DNA of 64,000 nucleotides from contig CBDAOI010000004.1 in the NCBI GenBank assembly GCA_965198005.1, positions 1,504,001-1,568,000 of the forward strand. Reading direction: 5' to 3'. Below, in pieces: positions 9,195-20,175 of this stretch. The notes beneath the pieces were generated by a model that did not search any database, was not told the origin of the DNA, and was given only the letters and a program-made list of their open reading frames with translations. Positions within the stretch are counted from its first letter, which is position 1, and each line of letters begins with the position of its first letter. The DNA comes from Spirochaetia bacterium. GTDB lineage: Bacteria > Spirochaetota > Spirochaetia > SZUA-6 > Bin103. A program made the translations under genes and the position numbers.

Positions 9195-12100
9195 TCAGCC
9201 CACCACTGCGTCGCCGCGGTCCAATGCAATCAACTTTCGAAAGGCATCGTTGTCCAGGTTCGCCAGCCAGGATTCGTCGCCCCCAACGATATCTTCCGCC
9301 AACTTTTTCTTGGACTCGATCAGCTCGTCGATGCGCTCCTCGAGCGTGCCCATGGTCACCATCTTGTGGACGAACACGCTCTTGCGCTGCCCTATGCGGT
9401 AGGCCCGGTCCGTCGCCTGGTTCTCGACGGCCGGATTCCACCAGCGATCGAAGTGAATGACATGATTCGCCCGCGTCAGCGTGATGCCCGTGCCGCCGGC
9501 ACGCAACGACAGCACGAAGATCGCCGGCTCGGTATCCGGATCCTGGAACTCTTCCACCATGTGCTCCCGCCGTGCCCGCAGCGTGCCGCCATGCAGGTAG
9601 TAGACCGCTCCGCCGTACCGCCGGCGGAACAGGACTTCCAACAACTTGCCGATTACCGTGAATTGAGTGAATACCAGCGCGGATTCGCCCTCGGCCTCGA
9701 TCTCGTCCAGCATCTCGCAAACGCGCGCGAGCTTGTGCGAACGCGTCTCGGCGAACTCGCTGGCATCCTGGAGAAACTGTACCGGATGGTTGCAGATCTG
9801 CTTCAAACGCATCAGAGTGGAGAGCAGCAGGCCCTGGCGCCCGATTCCCTCGGCGTCCTTGAGCTTCGCTTCCAGGTCGCGGACAACCGCTTCATACAGG
9901 GTGGCTTGCTCGGGAGTCAGATTGCAATAGGAGTTCTGTTCGACCTTGTCGGGCAGATCCTTGATGATCGCGCGGTCGGTCTTCATGCGGCGCAAGATGA
10001 ACGGCCGCACCAGGCTGCGCAGACGCTCGGTCGCCGCACGATTGCGGTCGCGCATGATCGGACGCTCCACGTTCTTGCGAAACTCGGCCATGGTCCCCAG
10101 GAACCCGGGATTCAGCACGCTGAACAGCGACCAGAGGTCCATCAGCCGGTTCTCGACAGGAGTGCCCGTGAGCGCGATGCGCCGCGCCGCCGGGATGCCG
10201 CGGATTGCCTTCGTCACTGCGGCCGTGGGGTTCTTGACGTTCTGGGACTCGTCCACGACGAGGCGCCACCAGCGAACCTTGTTCAAGACGGCTGCGTCCA
10301 ACCGGGCGACTCCGAACGAGGCAACGACAATGTCCATCCCCCGAATCGCTTCCTCGAGGGCTTCCCTGGTCTTGACCCGCTGCGGCCCGTGGTGGAGGTA
10401 GGTGGCGAGCGTTGGGGTGAAACGCCGCGTTTCCCGCTGCCAGTTCCCGACCACCGAAGTGGGCGCGACCAGCAGAGTGGGCCCGGCATCCGGGTTTCGG
10501 GCCTTGTCTTCCAGGACCGCCGCCAGCACCTGAACGGTCTTTCCCAACCCCATGTCGTCCGCCAGGCAAGCCCCGAAACCGAGCCGCTCCAAGTACGCCA
10601 GCCAGGAAAAGCCTCGCATCTGGTACCCGCGCAACTCGCCGGCGAACCCGGCAGGCTGGTCGAGCATATCGAGCGAGCCGGTGCCGCGGAGTACGGCGAG
10701 CATCCGGCCGATCTCGCCTTCGCACACGACTTCGAGGGCGTCGGAACCAGCTTCGGCGCGCAACAGGTCGGCCACCGTCATGCTCTGCGAGCTGGCATCG
10801 GCCGCCCAGTATTCTTCCAGGCGGGATACCTCGTCGCCGCGCAACTCCATCCACTGCCCGCGCAGCCGGACGAGACCTTCCTTTGCCGAAACCAGGGTTT
10901 CCCACTCGTTCCGTGTGATCGGCTGGCCGTCCAGGACCACCTGGGCCTCGAACGAGAGCAGCGTGTCGAAACCCAGCACTGCCGGCGACTCGGTTCCCTG
11001 AGCGGCTGCGCCGCCCGAGCTCCGCGAGGTCAAGCGCAGGCGCAGGCGTCGCTGGCCGGTCGCGGTCCACCAAGCCGGCACGATCACGCGGAACCCCGCG
11101 CCCTGCAGGATCGGGGCCTGCTGCCGCAGGAATTCGAGCGCCTCGGCGCGATCCAGGACGACTTCCGCAGGAGCCTCGCCGTCCATACCTTCCCAGAGCT
11201 TGGCGTAGATGCGCGCAGCCTGTCCCAGTTGGAGCAGGACCTCGCGCACGCTCCGCGCCGCCGGCCGCTTGGAGTTCCCGGATCCCCAGAAGTCGGCGAG
11301 CGGAACGAGCAGTGACGGATCGCGGCGCGAAGCAAGGAGCCATTCCAGAGACCAAGTGTCGGGCGAAGCGCGCTTCGCGTCTGCCAGACGGAAGCAGACC
11401 CGTTCGTCCGCGTCGAGCACCGACCGCCGTATCCGGTCGCGCCAGCGCCGCCATTGCATCCAGGTGCGCTCGCCGATAGGGGCCTGCGAAGCCCACTCCG
11501 CCGAGCGAGCGGGCGTAGCGGGCGTAGCGGGCGGCGGCAGCGCTTGCCCGAGAAACGACCCTTGGACGCGTTTCAACGCCGACTGCGTGAACCGCGTGCC
11601 GCGCACGAACCGGTCGAGATGCACTGCCAGGAAGTGGCGTACGAGAGCACGTGGCTCGTGCATCTCGGCCTCCTCGTCGGTGTTTGGAGGCGCTTCCGCC
11701 CGAAGCGCCCGGCACGCCCCCGGCATCGCCCGGGCGAATGGCTCGACGACGCCCTCCTCCGCGGTGTCAGCGAATTCCCAGCCCGCTTCGAACCGAACGG
11801 CAGTCTCTCGGACCTTCCTGCGACGGTTGCCGCGGGCCTTCGGAGCCTCGGGTTCCGTGGCGTAGATCGCCGGCAGGTACTCGTGGTGGCGGACGGCCCG
11901 CTCAAAGCACGCGGCCAAGCGGCTCCAGAATCGGAGATCGTGCCCAATCCGGACGTTCTGGGTCATTCCCGTGCGCTGCGGATCGAGCGACCGGAGCAGG
12001 GCAAGCGGGTTGGCAACCTCCGCCGCGTCCACGCGCCACGTCCCCCAACAGGTTGGGGTGGCGATCTCCTCATCCAGCTCCGCCTGCAGCTCCAGCGAAG

Positions 12101-12377
12101 CGGCGGGCCGCACGCCGTCGCCTGGTAGCACGGCCCAAGCCAAGCTCCGGTCGGACGAAACACCGGCTGCTTCAAACAGAGACGGCCACGCCTCCGATAA
12201 CGCCTCCGTGAGCTGGTCCCAGCGCAGTTGAAACGGATGGTCGCCGGCGCGCGGCCGCCGCGTGCGGTGCGCCGTTTCGGCCCAAACGAGGAACCGGCCG
12301 CCGGACTCGTCGGGCACCCACCCGCCGTGCACGACGCACGCAACGCGTGGCGTCCTGGCCGATTCGGTGGTGGCCAT
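9195..12377 (-). CDS. SNF2/SWI2-family helicase-like ATPase (DUF3670-type)
   Basis: LRGYQ..GACLADDMGLGKT, DESQNVKN, ALTGTPVENRL, LSLRAGGTGITLT, DRWWNPAVENQATDRAYRIGQ; start placed at ATG 12377. Confidence 0.95.
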   Translation of the reverse strand: MATTESARTPRVACVVHGGWVPDESGGRFLVWAETAHRTRRPRAGDHPFQLRWDQLTEALSEAWPSLFEAAGVSSDRSLAWAVLPGDGVRPAASLELQAELDEEIATPTCWGTWRVDAAEVANPLALLRSLDPQRTGMTQNVRIGHDLRFWSRLAACFERAVRHHEYLPAIYATEPEAPKARGNRRRKVRETAVRFEAGWEFADTAEEGVVEPFARAMPGACRALRAEAPPNTDEEAEMHEPRALVRHFLAVHLDRFVRGTRFTQSALKRVQGSFLGQALPPPATPATPARSAEWASQAPIGERTWMQWRRWRDRIRRSVLDADERVCFRLADAKRASPDTWSLEWLLASRRDPSLLVPLADFWGSGNSKRPAARSVREVLLQLGQAARIYAKLWEGMDGEAPAEVVLDRAEALEFLRQQAPILQGAGFRVIVPAWWTATGQRRLRLRLTSRSSGGAAAQGTESPAVLGFDTLLSFEAQVVLDGQPITRNEWETLVSAKEGLVRLRGQWMELRGDEVSRLEEYWAADASSQSMTVADLLRAEAGSDALEVVCEGEIGRMLAVLRGTGSLDMLDQPAGFAGELRGYQMRGFSWLAYLERLGFGACLADDMGLGKTVQVLAAVLEDKARNPDAGPTLLVAPTSVVGNWQRETRRFTPTLATYLHHGPQRVKTREALEEAIRGMDIVVASFGVARLDAAVLNKVRWWRLVVDESQNVKNPTAAVTKAIRGIPAARRIALTGTPVENRLMDLWSLFSVLNPGFLGTMAEFRKNVERPIMRDRNRAATERLRSLVRPFILRRMKTDRAIIKDLPDKVEQNSYCNLTPEQATLYEAVVRDLEAKLKDAEGIGRQGLLLSTLMRLKQICNHPVQFLQDASEFAETRSHKLARVCEMLDEIEAEGESALVFTQFTVIGKLLEVLFRRRYGGAVYYLHGGTLRARREHMVEEFQDPDTEPAIFVLSLRAGGTGITLTRANHVIHFDRWWNPAVENQATDRAYRIGQRKSVFVHKMVTMGTLEERIDELIESKKKLAEDIVGGDESWLANLDNDAFRKLIALDRGDAVVG

Positions 12378-12568
12378 GCCGGCAGGGTAGGCCACAGTCA
12401 CGGGCGCATGCAAGCTGCCTCAAGCTGCCTGCCGCTAATAGTCGCGTTGCGTCCTACCTGAACCTCCAGGCGGCGCAGGCTCGTCATCACGTTTCATCAC
12501 GTTGAGCGGGTCGAGTCAAAATGGCATGATCGAGGTGGCGCCGCTGAGGGCGCTGAGGGCGCCGCACT

Positions 12569-13036
12569 ATGACCGACCTGCTTACCGAACTTCGCTGCAT
12601 TACCGATGCGCTTGATCTCGCGCGCGTAGACTACGCGCTGTGCGGCGGCGTCGCACTGGCGATCTATGGTATCCCGCGTGCCACGATCGATATCGACATG
12701 CTGATCATGCCGGATCAGGTGCGGACCGCCGAGGACGTCCTCGGACAGCTTGGCTATCGCCTTGCGGCGGCCGCAATGAGCCTCGCCGGGGGGGCGGTGA
12801 CCATCTCTCGGTTGGTGAAGCCGGAGCCCGAATCGGAGGACGTTCTGATGGTCGATCTGCTGCACGTTACGCCGGCCCTGGAAAGCGTGTGGCAGTCTCG
12901 CCAGCGCGTCGCATGGAACCACGGCGCCATCGGAACGGTGTCGCGAGCCGGGCTGGTGGTGTTGAAACGGTTGCGCGGCAGCGGGCAGGACCACGACGAC
13001 ATCAGCAGACTGACGGGAGAGCCCGAGTGCAGGTAG
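12569..13036 (+). CDS. Nucleotidyltransferase-superfamily protein (DUF6036-like)
   Basis: YALCGGVALAIYGIPRATIDIDML..LVVLKRLRGSGQDHDDI. Confidence 0.8.
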   Translation: MTDLLTELRCITDALDLARVDYALCGGVALAIYGIPRATIDIDMLIMPDQVRTAEDVLGQLGYRLAAAAMSLAGGAVTISRLVKPEPESEDVLMVDLLHVTPALESVWQSRQRVAWNHGAIGTVSRAGLVVLKRLRGSGQDHDDISRLTGEPECR

Positions 13037-13059
13037 ATATCCAGGTAGATATCGTAGAT

Positions 13060-13218
13060 ATGTCCGCGCAGGCGGTCACGGTTCGGTTGCAGCGCTTGAG
13101 CCAACTGCGCGCGCTCTGCCTGTCGCTGGCCGCTGCCGGCCGGCGCGCCGGGCTGGCACCGCATCCCGCCGGTTCGACCCCGGACGCCGGCGCCAATTGC
13201 GTGGCGATGGCGGATTGA
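13060..13218 (+). CDS. Small hypothetical partner protein of the nucleotidyltransferase
   Basis: MSAQAVTVRLQRLSQLRALCLSLAAAG; lies directly after the NTase. Confidence 0.5.
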   Translation: MSAQAVTVRLQRLSQLRALCLSLAAAGRRAGLAPHPAGSTPDAGANCVAMAD

Positions 13219-13277
13219 TCCGCCGCGGTGCGTTACGGCTGCGGGCGTCCGGCGGGTAGCAACTGTGACCGGTCTTT

Positions 13278-13348
13278 CGAATTGTCCCGAGCAGGACAAT
13301 TCGTTTGTCGATCAGCCCGTTCGGCCGTATCTTTCCCGATCGGGAAAG
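13278..13348. promoter_or_regulatory. Two palindromic operators upstream of hipB-like gene
   Basis: CGAATTGTCC-cgagca-GGACAATTCG (13278-13303) and perfect palindrome CTTTCCCGATCGGGAAAG (13331-13348); both are TCC-N6-GGA. Confidence 0.7.
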
Positions 13349-13355
13349 GCAGGAC

Positions 13356-13586
13356 ATGAGTCCCCAGCAGATCGGACAGCTCGTTCGCGGAGTGCGGCGC
13401 GCTCAGGGCTTGCGGCAGGATCAGTTGGCGGCGGCCGCAGGCGTCGGCGTACGCTTCCTGGTCGAGGTGGAGCGCGGTAAGCCGACCGCACGACTCGGCA
13501 AGGTGCTCGCCGTTCTCGATGCGCTTGGGTGCAGGCTCAGGATCGAGCTGCCTCCCGACGTTGACGAAGTGCAGGTCGGACGGTGA
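13356..13586 (+). CDS. hipB: HipB-like (y4mF-family) HTH antitoxin
   Basis: IGQLVRGVRRAQGLRQDQLAAAAGVGVRFLVEVERGKPTARLGKVL; GTGA overlap with hipA. Confidence 0.88.
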   Translation: MSPQQIGQLVRGVRRAQGLRQDQLAAAAGVGVRFLVEVERGKPTARLGKVLAVLDALGCRLRIELPPDVDEVQVGR

Positions 13587-14848
13587 CGCGCGCGCTGACG
13601 GTGTGGTGGGCGGGCGCGGTGGTCGGGTCGCTGGCGCTCGACGCCGACGGGCAGATGCGATTCACCTATGCCGAGGAATGGCTGGCGGGAGAGCACTCGC
13701 CGGCGCTCTCGTGCTCGTTGCCGAAACTTCGGGAGCCGTTCCACCGTCGCAGGTGCCGGCCGTTTTTCGAGGGCCTGCTCCCCGAGGGAATTCAGCGTGA
13801 GGCGGTGGCCGCCGTCCTGGGAGTTTCACCGGACGACGAATTCGGGCTGCTGGAGCGGCTCGGCGGCGACGTCGCGGGCGCGCTTACCCTGTGGCCCGAA
13901 GCAGAGACGCCACCGCTACACGAGGCGCAGGAGCAGACCAACGCGCTGTCCGATGAAGGCTTGGTCGCGCTCCTTGATTCCCTGCCGGCGCGCCCCTTCC
14001 TGGCCGGCACGGAGGGCCGGTTGAGATTGTCCCTCGCGGGGGCGCAATCGAAGATGCCGGTGGTCCTCGTCGGAAATCAGGTCGGGATTCCGGCGCCGGG
14101 GCAACCGACCACCCACATCCTCAAGCCGGCGGTCGACCACTTTCCCGCGACTGTCGAGAACGAAGCGTTCGCGATGCGCCTTGCCGCCGGCCTCGGACTT
14201 TCCGTCGCGGCGGTCGAGCCGCGCTCGGTAGCAGGGCGGCCATACCTGTTGGTCGAACGCTATGACCGGCGCACCGGCGCGGATGGCCGCGTGCGACGGC
14301 TGCACCAGGAGGACTTCTGCCAAGCGCTGGGTCTGTTGCCGCATCGAAAGTACGCGGCCGATGGCGGACCAACGGCAGAGCATTGTTTCGCGCTGGTGCG
14401 GCGTGCCTGCAGCCGCCCGGCAGTTGAGGTCCTCAAGCTCCTCGACGCATTCATCGTCCAGGCGTTGATCGGCAATGCGGATGCGCACGCCAAGAATTAC
14501 AGCCTGTTGTACCGTGGTGCAACGGTCGAGCTCGCTCCCTTGTACGACGTGCTGTCAACCGTGGCGTATCCGGAGCTGGATCGAGGGTTCGCGATGAGAA
14601 TCGGCGGGCGCAGGACACTGGCAGAATTGCGGGCCGGGGATTGGGACCGGTTCGCGCGCACGGCTGGACTCGGTGCGCCGTTCGTGAGCCGACGGATACG
14701 GGAACTGGCCGAGCGCGCACTGGAGGGCGCCGATGCGGTAGCTGCCGCGCTGTCGCTGCCGGCGTTGAGTGACGAGGTGCTTGCCGGCTGTGCCACCCGG
14801 GCGGCCGAGCGGGCGCAACGGCTGGCCGGTACCGGTACCGCACGATGA
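13583..14848 (+). CDS. hipA: HipA-family kinase toxin
   Basis: PFFEGLLPEG, LSLAGAQSK, THILKP, RLHQEDFCQALG, IGNADAHAKNYS, LAPLYD. Confidence 0.95.
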   Translation: MTRALTVWWAGAVVGSLALDADGQMRFTYAEEWLAGEHSPALSCSLPKLREPFHRRRCRPFFEGLLPEGIQREAVAAVLGVSPDDEFGLLERLGGDVAGALTLWPEAETPPLHEAQEQTNALSDEGLVALLDSLPARPFLAGTEGRLRLSLAGAQSKMPVVLVGNQVGIPAPGQPTTHILKPAVDHFPATVENEAFAMRLAAGLGLSVAAVEPRSVAGRPYLLVERYDRRTGADGRVRRLHQEDFCQALGLLPHRKYAADGGPTAEHCFALVRRACSRPAVEVLKLLDAFIVQALIGNADAHAKNYSLLYRGATVELAPLYDVLSTVAYPELDRGFAMRIGGRRTLAELRAGDWDRFARTAGLGAPFVSRRIRELAERALEGADAVAAALSLPALSDEVLAGCATRAAERAQRLAGTGTAR

Positions 14849-15405
14849 GTGACACGCTGCAACGGGAACCTGCCACGCCGGAGGAGGTGTGGGCGATCTT
14901 GCGCGAGGTCAGCGCGAGCCAGAAGGAGACCGACCGCCGGATGCGGGAGACCGACCGGCAACTGCGTGAGTTGAAAGATCTGTTCAACGGTCAATGGGGC
15001 AAACTGATGGAGGCCCTGGTGGAAGGCGACCTGGTCAATCTTCTCCGGCAGCGTGGCATCGAGGTCGACCACACGGTAAGCCGCCTCAAGAGCGGCAACG
15101 GCGCGCGGCGCTGGGAGATCGACATCATCGCCGCCAACGGCGAGGAAGTGGTGGCGGTGGAGGTGAAGACCACCCTCAAGGTGAGGCAGGTGGCGGAGTT
15201 CATCGAGACGCTGAAGGTGTTCCCGGATGAGGCGCCGACGGTATACCGCGGCAAGCGGGTATACGGGGCGGTGGCGTACCTGAGAGCGGACGAAGCGGCG
15301 GACGTGTACGCGGAGCGCCAGGGGCTGTACGTCATCAGGGCGACCGGTAGCAGTGCGAGCATCACGAACGGGCCGGATTTCAGCCCGCGGCCGTTCGGCG
15401 GGTAG
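14845..15405 (+). CDS. PD-(D/E)XK nuclease-like protein with N-terminal coiled coil
   Basis: QKETDRRMRETDRQLREL..WGKLMEALV, EIDIIAANG..VAVEVKTTL. Confidence 0.75.
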   Translation: MSDTLQREPATPEEVWAILREVSASQKETDRRMRETDRQLRELKDLFNGQWGKLMEALVEGDLVNLLRQRGIEVDHTVSRLKSGNGARRWEIDIIAANGEEVVAVEVKTTLKVRQVAEFIETLKVFPDEAPTVYRGKRVYGAVAYLRADEAADVYAERQGLYVIRATGSSASITNGPDFSPRPFGG

Positions 15406-15445
15406 CAGAATTGGTACTGCGATGGCGGTCGCCGCCGGTTGCGCG

Positions 15446-17080
<1,635 letters not shown>

Positions 17081-17108
17081 GGTGCCCTCGTGGTGCGGTC
17101 GCCGAGTA

Positions 17109-18239
17109 TCACGGAGCCGCGCGGCGCGCCGATCGGCGCTCGTGACGCTCGAGTGCGAGGTCGATCAGCCGCCGCAGCAGCTCCTTGAACGGGACTCCGG
17201 CAGCTTCCCACAGCTTCGCGTACATGCTGATCTCGGTAAACCCGGGGATGGTGTTGACTTCGTTCACCAGCAGCTCGCCACGGCCGCCCGCGGCGCCGGG
17301 ACTGCGCAGAAAAAAGTCGACGCGCGCCATCCCCTCCACTTCCAGGATACCACAGACCCGGCAGGCGAGCGCGCGAGCGTCAGCCCGTTGCGCGTCGCCC
17401 AACTCCGCGGGGATCAGCAATTCGGCGCCGGCCGCGTCCCGGTACTTGGCGTCGTAGCTGTAGAACGGGTGCGCCGGACCGGTCACGATCTCGCCCACCA
17501 CCGACGCTTCAGGCCGCTCATTGCCGAGCACGGACACCTCCAGCTCGCGGCCGGCCACGTATTCCTCGATCAGCACCTTGCGGTCGTACCGGAGCGCAAG
17601 GTCCACCGCCGCCGGCAGCTCTTCGGCGGAGACCGCCTTGGTAATGCCCACCGAGGAGCCGAGGTTGGCGGGCTTCACGAACAACGGCAGCCCCAGGCCG
17701 GCGGCATGCCGGCCGGCCGCGGCCCGTGACACCGGGGCGCGCACGGCGACGAACCGGGGAACCGGCACGCCCGCGTCGCGCAGCAGGCGCTTGGTCACCT
17801 CCTTGTCCATCGCAATGGCGGAGCCCAGCACCCCGGCGCCGACGTAGGGGATGCCGGCCATCTCCAGCAGCCCCTGAATGGTGCCGTCCTCACCGTACGG
17901 ACCGTGCAGCACGGGAATCACGACGTCCAGCGGCGGCAACGGCGAGCGCGCGCCCAGGTCGACCAGTTGCGCCTCCCCTGCGCGGTTCAGCAGCGCCAGG
18001 GGACCGCCGAGGGGCTCCGGGGCGGCGGCGGCCTGCGGCGGCCCGGCCGCGGGTGCGATACGCGGGCCGTGCGCACCGGGAAACCGGAGCGGGTCCGCCC
18101 GTTGCCAAGTGCCGTCGCGCTGGACGTGAATCAGCTCGACCTCATGCTCGGCGCGCAGGGCGGCCACTACCGCGCGGGCGGAACTCAGCGAAACGTCGTG
18201 TTCGGCGGACTGGCCGCCGCAGATGACGCCGATACGAAT
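17109..18239 (-). CDS. ddl: D-alanine--D-alanine ligase (start codon uncertain)
   Basis: IGVICGGQSAEHDVSLSSA upstream of the called start; LHGPYGEDGTIQG, KPANLGSSVGI, NEVNTIPGFT. Confidence 0.93.
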   Translation of the reverse strand: MRIGVICGGQSAEHDVSLSSARAVVAALRAEHEVELIHVQRDGTWQRADPLRFPGAHGPRIAPAAGPPQAAAAPEPLGGPLALLNRAGEAQLVDLGARSPLPPLDVVIPVLHGPYGEDGTIQGLLEMAGIPYVGAGVLGSAIAMDKEVTKRLLRDAGVPVPRFVAVRAPVSRAAAGRHAAGLGLPLFVKPANLGSSVGITKAVSAEELPAAVDLALRYDRKVLIEEYVAGRELEVSVLGNERPEASVVGEIVTGPAHPFYSYDAKYRDAAGAELLIPAELGDAQRADARALACRVCGILEVEGMARVDFFLRSPGAAGGRGELLVNEVNTIPGFTEISMYAKLWEAAGVPFKELLRRLIDLALERHERRSARRAAP

Positions 18240-18391
18240 GGTGTTCGCGCCTCCCCGGTCGATTGTCCCGCGCCGCCGGGGGCGGCGTCAAACCGGGGCA
18301 GCGCCGGCGGCAGGGGTCGTGCGCGCCGTGCCCGGAGTACCCGCGCCGTGTCCGCGGTGCCCGCCGCCGGCGTTTTCAGTACGTTACCGCC

Positions 18392-20143
18392 GTGAGTGAC
18401 ATTCCGGACGATCCGGTCGTGCGGGCGCCGTCCGGCGGCGGGGCGCGCCTGCGCGCGAGCCTGGAGCTGCACCTCGGCCGGTATCTGGGCCCGGTGGAGC
18501 AGGCGTGCGCGCGGGCGCGCGCCGCGGGGCTGGTGCGCCGCATCCGGGCCCATGACCATACGGTTTGGAAGCCGGACCCGACCGAACTCGCCGATCGGCT
18601 CGGCTGGCTGGACATCGCGACGGTGGTCCAGGATGAGCTGCCGCGGCTGCAGCAGTTCGCGGCCGGCGTGCGGCGGGACGGGTATACGCATGCCGTGTTG
18701 CTGGGCATGGGCGGCTCCAGCCTGGCGCCGGAAGTGATGGCGCGCACGTTCGGTCCCCGGCCCGGGTTCCTGCGGCTGACCGTGCTCGACAGCACCGATC
18801 CGCAGGCGGTAGCAGCCACCATCACGGAGCGGGAACTGCGTACCGCTCTGTTCCTGGTCTCGTCCAAGTCGGGCGGTACGGTCGAGACCATCTCGTTCTT
18901 CAAGTACTTTTACAACGAAGTGGCGGCGGCGGTGGGGCGGGCCGCGGCCGGCGCCCAGTTCGTGGCGATCACCGATCCGGGCAGTTCGCTGGCGGAGCTC
19001 GCCGAGCGCTATTCGTTCCGGGCGACGTTTCTCGGCGAGCCCACGATCGGCGGCCGCTACTCCGCCCTCAGCGTGTTCGGCCTGGTGCCGGCGGCGCTGC
19101 TCGGTCTGGATTTGCGCGCACTGCTGCAACGCGCCCGGCTGGCGGCGGAGAATGGTGCCGGCGTCGCCGCCCGCCTGGGGATTACGCTGGCCACGCTGGC
19201 GGCCGCGGGCCGCGACAAGCTGACGCTGGTGACCGGCGCGGAACTGCGGAGTCTGGCCGACTGGGTGGAGCAGCTGATCGCCGAAAGCACCGGCAAGGAG
19301 GGGAGGGGGATCCTGCCGGTAGTCGGCGAGCCGGTGGCGGCGCCTGAGCTGTACGGCGACGACCGGCTGTTCGCGTATCTGCGGCTGGGTGCCGAACCGG
19401 AGCTGGACGCGGCGCTCGCCAGCCTGCGCCGCGCCGGGCAGCCGCTGGTCACGCTGCATCTGGCCGACAGGTACGACGTCGGTGCGCAGTTCTGGATCTG
19501 GCAGATGGCGACGGCGGTGGCCGGCTCGCTGTTGGGCATCAACCCGTTCGACCAGCCCGACGTGGAGGCGGCCAAGCTCCAGGCGCGCCGGCTGGTGGAT
19601 GCCTATCGGACCGCGGGCCGGCTGCCGGACCCGCAACCGGCGCTGGTGGGCGACGGCATCGCGGTGTACGGCGCGGTGGCGGCGGACACGCCGGCCGCGG
19701 CAGTGGCCGACCTGGTGGACGGGGCGCCAACCGGCTCCTACTTCGCCGCGCACGCGTACGGGCCCCCGACCCCGGCCACCGACGCCGCGCTGGGCGCACT
19801 GCGCAGCGCGGTGCGCGCCCGCACCGGGCTGGCCACCAGCGCGGGGTACGGTCCGCGCTTTCTGCATTCGACCGGCCAACTGCACAAGGGCGACCGCGGC
19901 CGCGGCCGGTTTCTGCAGATCGTCACGGCCGGCAGCCCCCACCTGGCCATCCCCGACCTGGCCATCCCCGACCGGGCGGGCGACGCGGCCTCCGGGCTCA
20001 CGTTCGGCGTGCTCAAGGCGGCCCAGGCGCTGGGCGACCGCCAGGCCCTGCTCGATGCCGGCCGAACGGTGCTCACGCTCGCCGTCGAGGGCGATGCCGC
20101 CGGCGCGGTGCTCCGGCTGGCCGCCGCCCTCGGCCGCCGGTAG
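18392..20143 (+). CDS. pgi: Glucose-6-phosphate isomerase (similar to the PGI domain of Tal-Pgi)
   Basis: RLGWL, LLGMGGSSLAP, SSKSGGTVET, IGGRYSALS, EQLIAESTGKEG, INPFDQPDVE, GPRFLHSTGQLHKG. Confidence 0.88.
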   Translation: MSDIPDDPVVRAPSGGGARLRASLELHLGRYLGPVEQACARARAAGLVRRIRAHDHTVWKPDPTELADRLGWLDIATVVQDELPRLQQFAAGVRRDGYTHAVLLGMGGSSLAPEVMARTFGPRPGFLRLTVLDSTDPQAVAATITERELRTALFLVSSKSGGTVETISFFKYFYNEVAAAVGRAAAGAQFVAITDPGSSLAELAERYSFRATFLGEPTIGGRYSALSVFGLVPAALLGLDLRALLQRARLAAENGAGVAARLGITLATLAAAGRDKLTLVTGAELRSLADWVEQLIAESTGKEGRGILPVVGEPVAAPELYGDDRLFAYLRLGAEPELDAALASLRRAGQPLVTLHLADRYDVGAQFWIWQMATAVAGSLLGINPFDQPDVEAAKLQARRLVDAYRTAGRLPDPQPALVGDGIAVYGAVAADTPAAAVADLVDGAPTGSYFAAHAYGPPTPATDAALGALRSAVRARTGLATSAGYGPRFLHSTGQLHKGDRGRGRFLQIVTAGSPHLAIPDLAIPDRAGDAASGLTFGVLKAAQALGDRQALLDAGRTVLTLAVEGDAAGAVLRLAAALGRR

Positions 20144-20175
20144 GCACGGGCCGGATCAGCCACCGCGGCGCGGCG

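Noticed and set aside
8466-11315. 949-aa plus-strand ORF, and similar long ORFs at 15830-17065, 20314-22629, 30646-32076 and 44965-46425
   Set aside because: Antisense shadows of well-supported genes, as expected in high-GC DNA; no recognisable motifs
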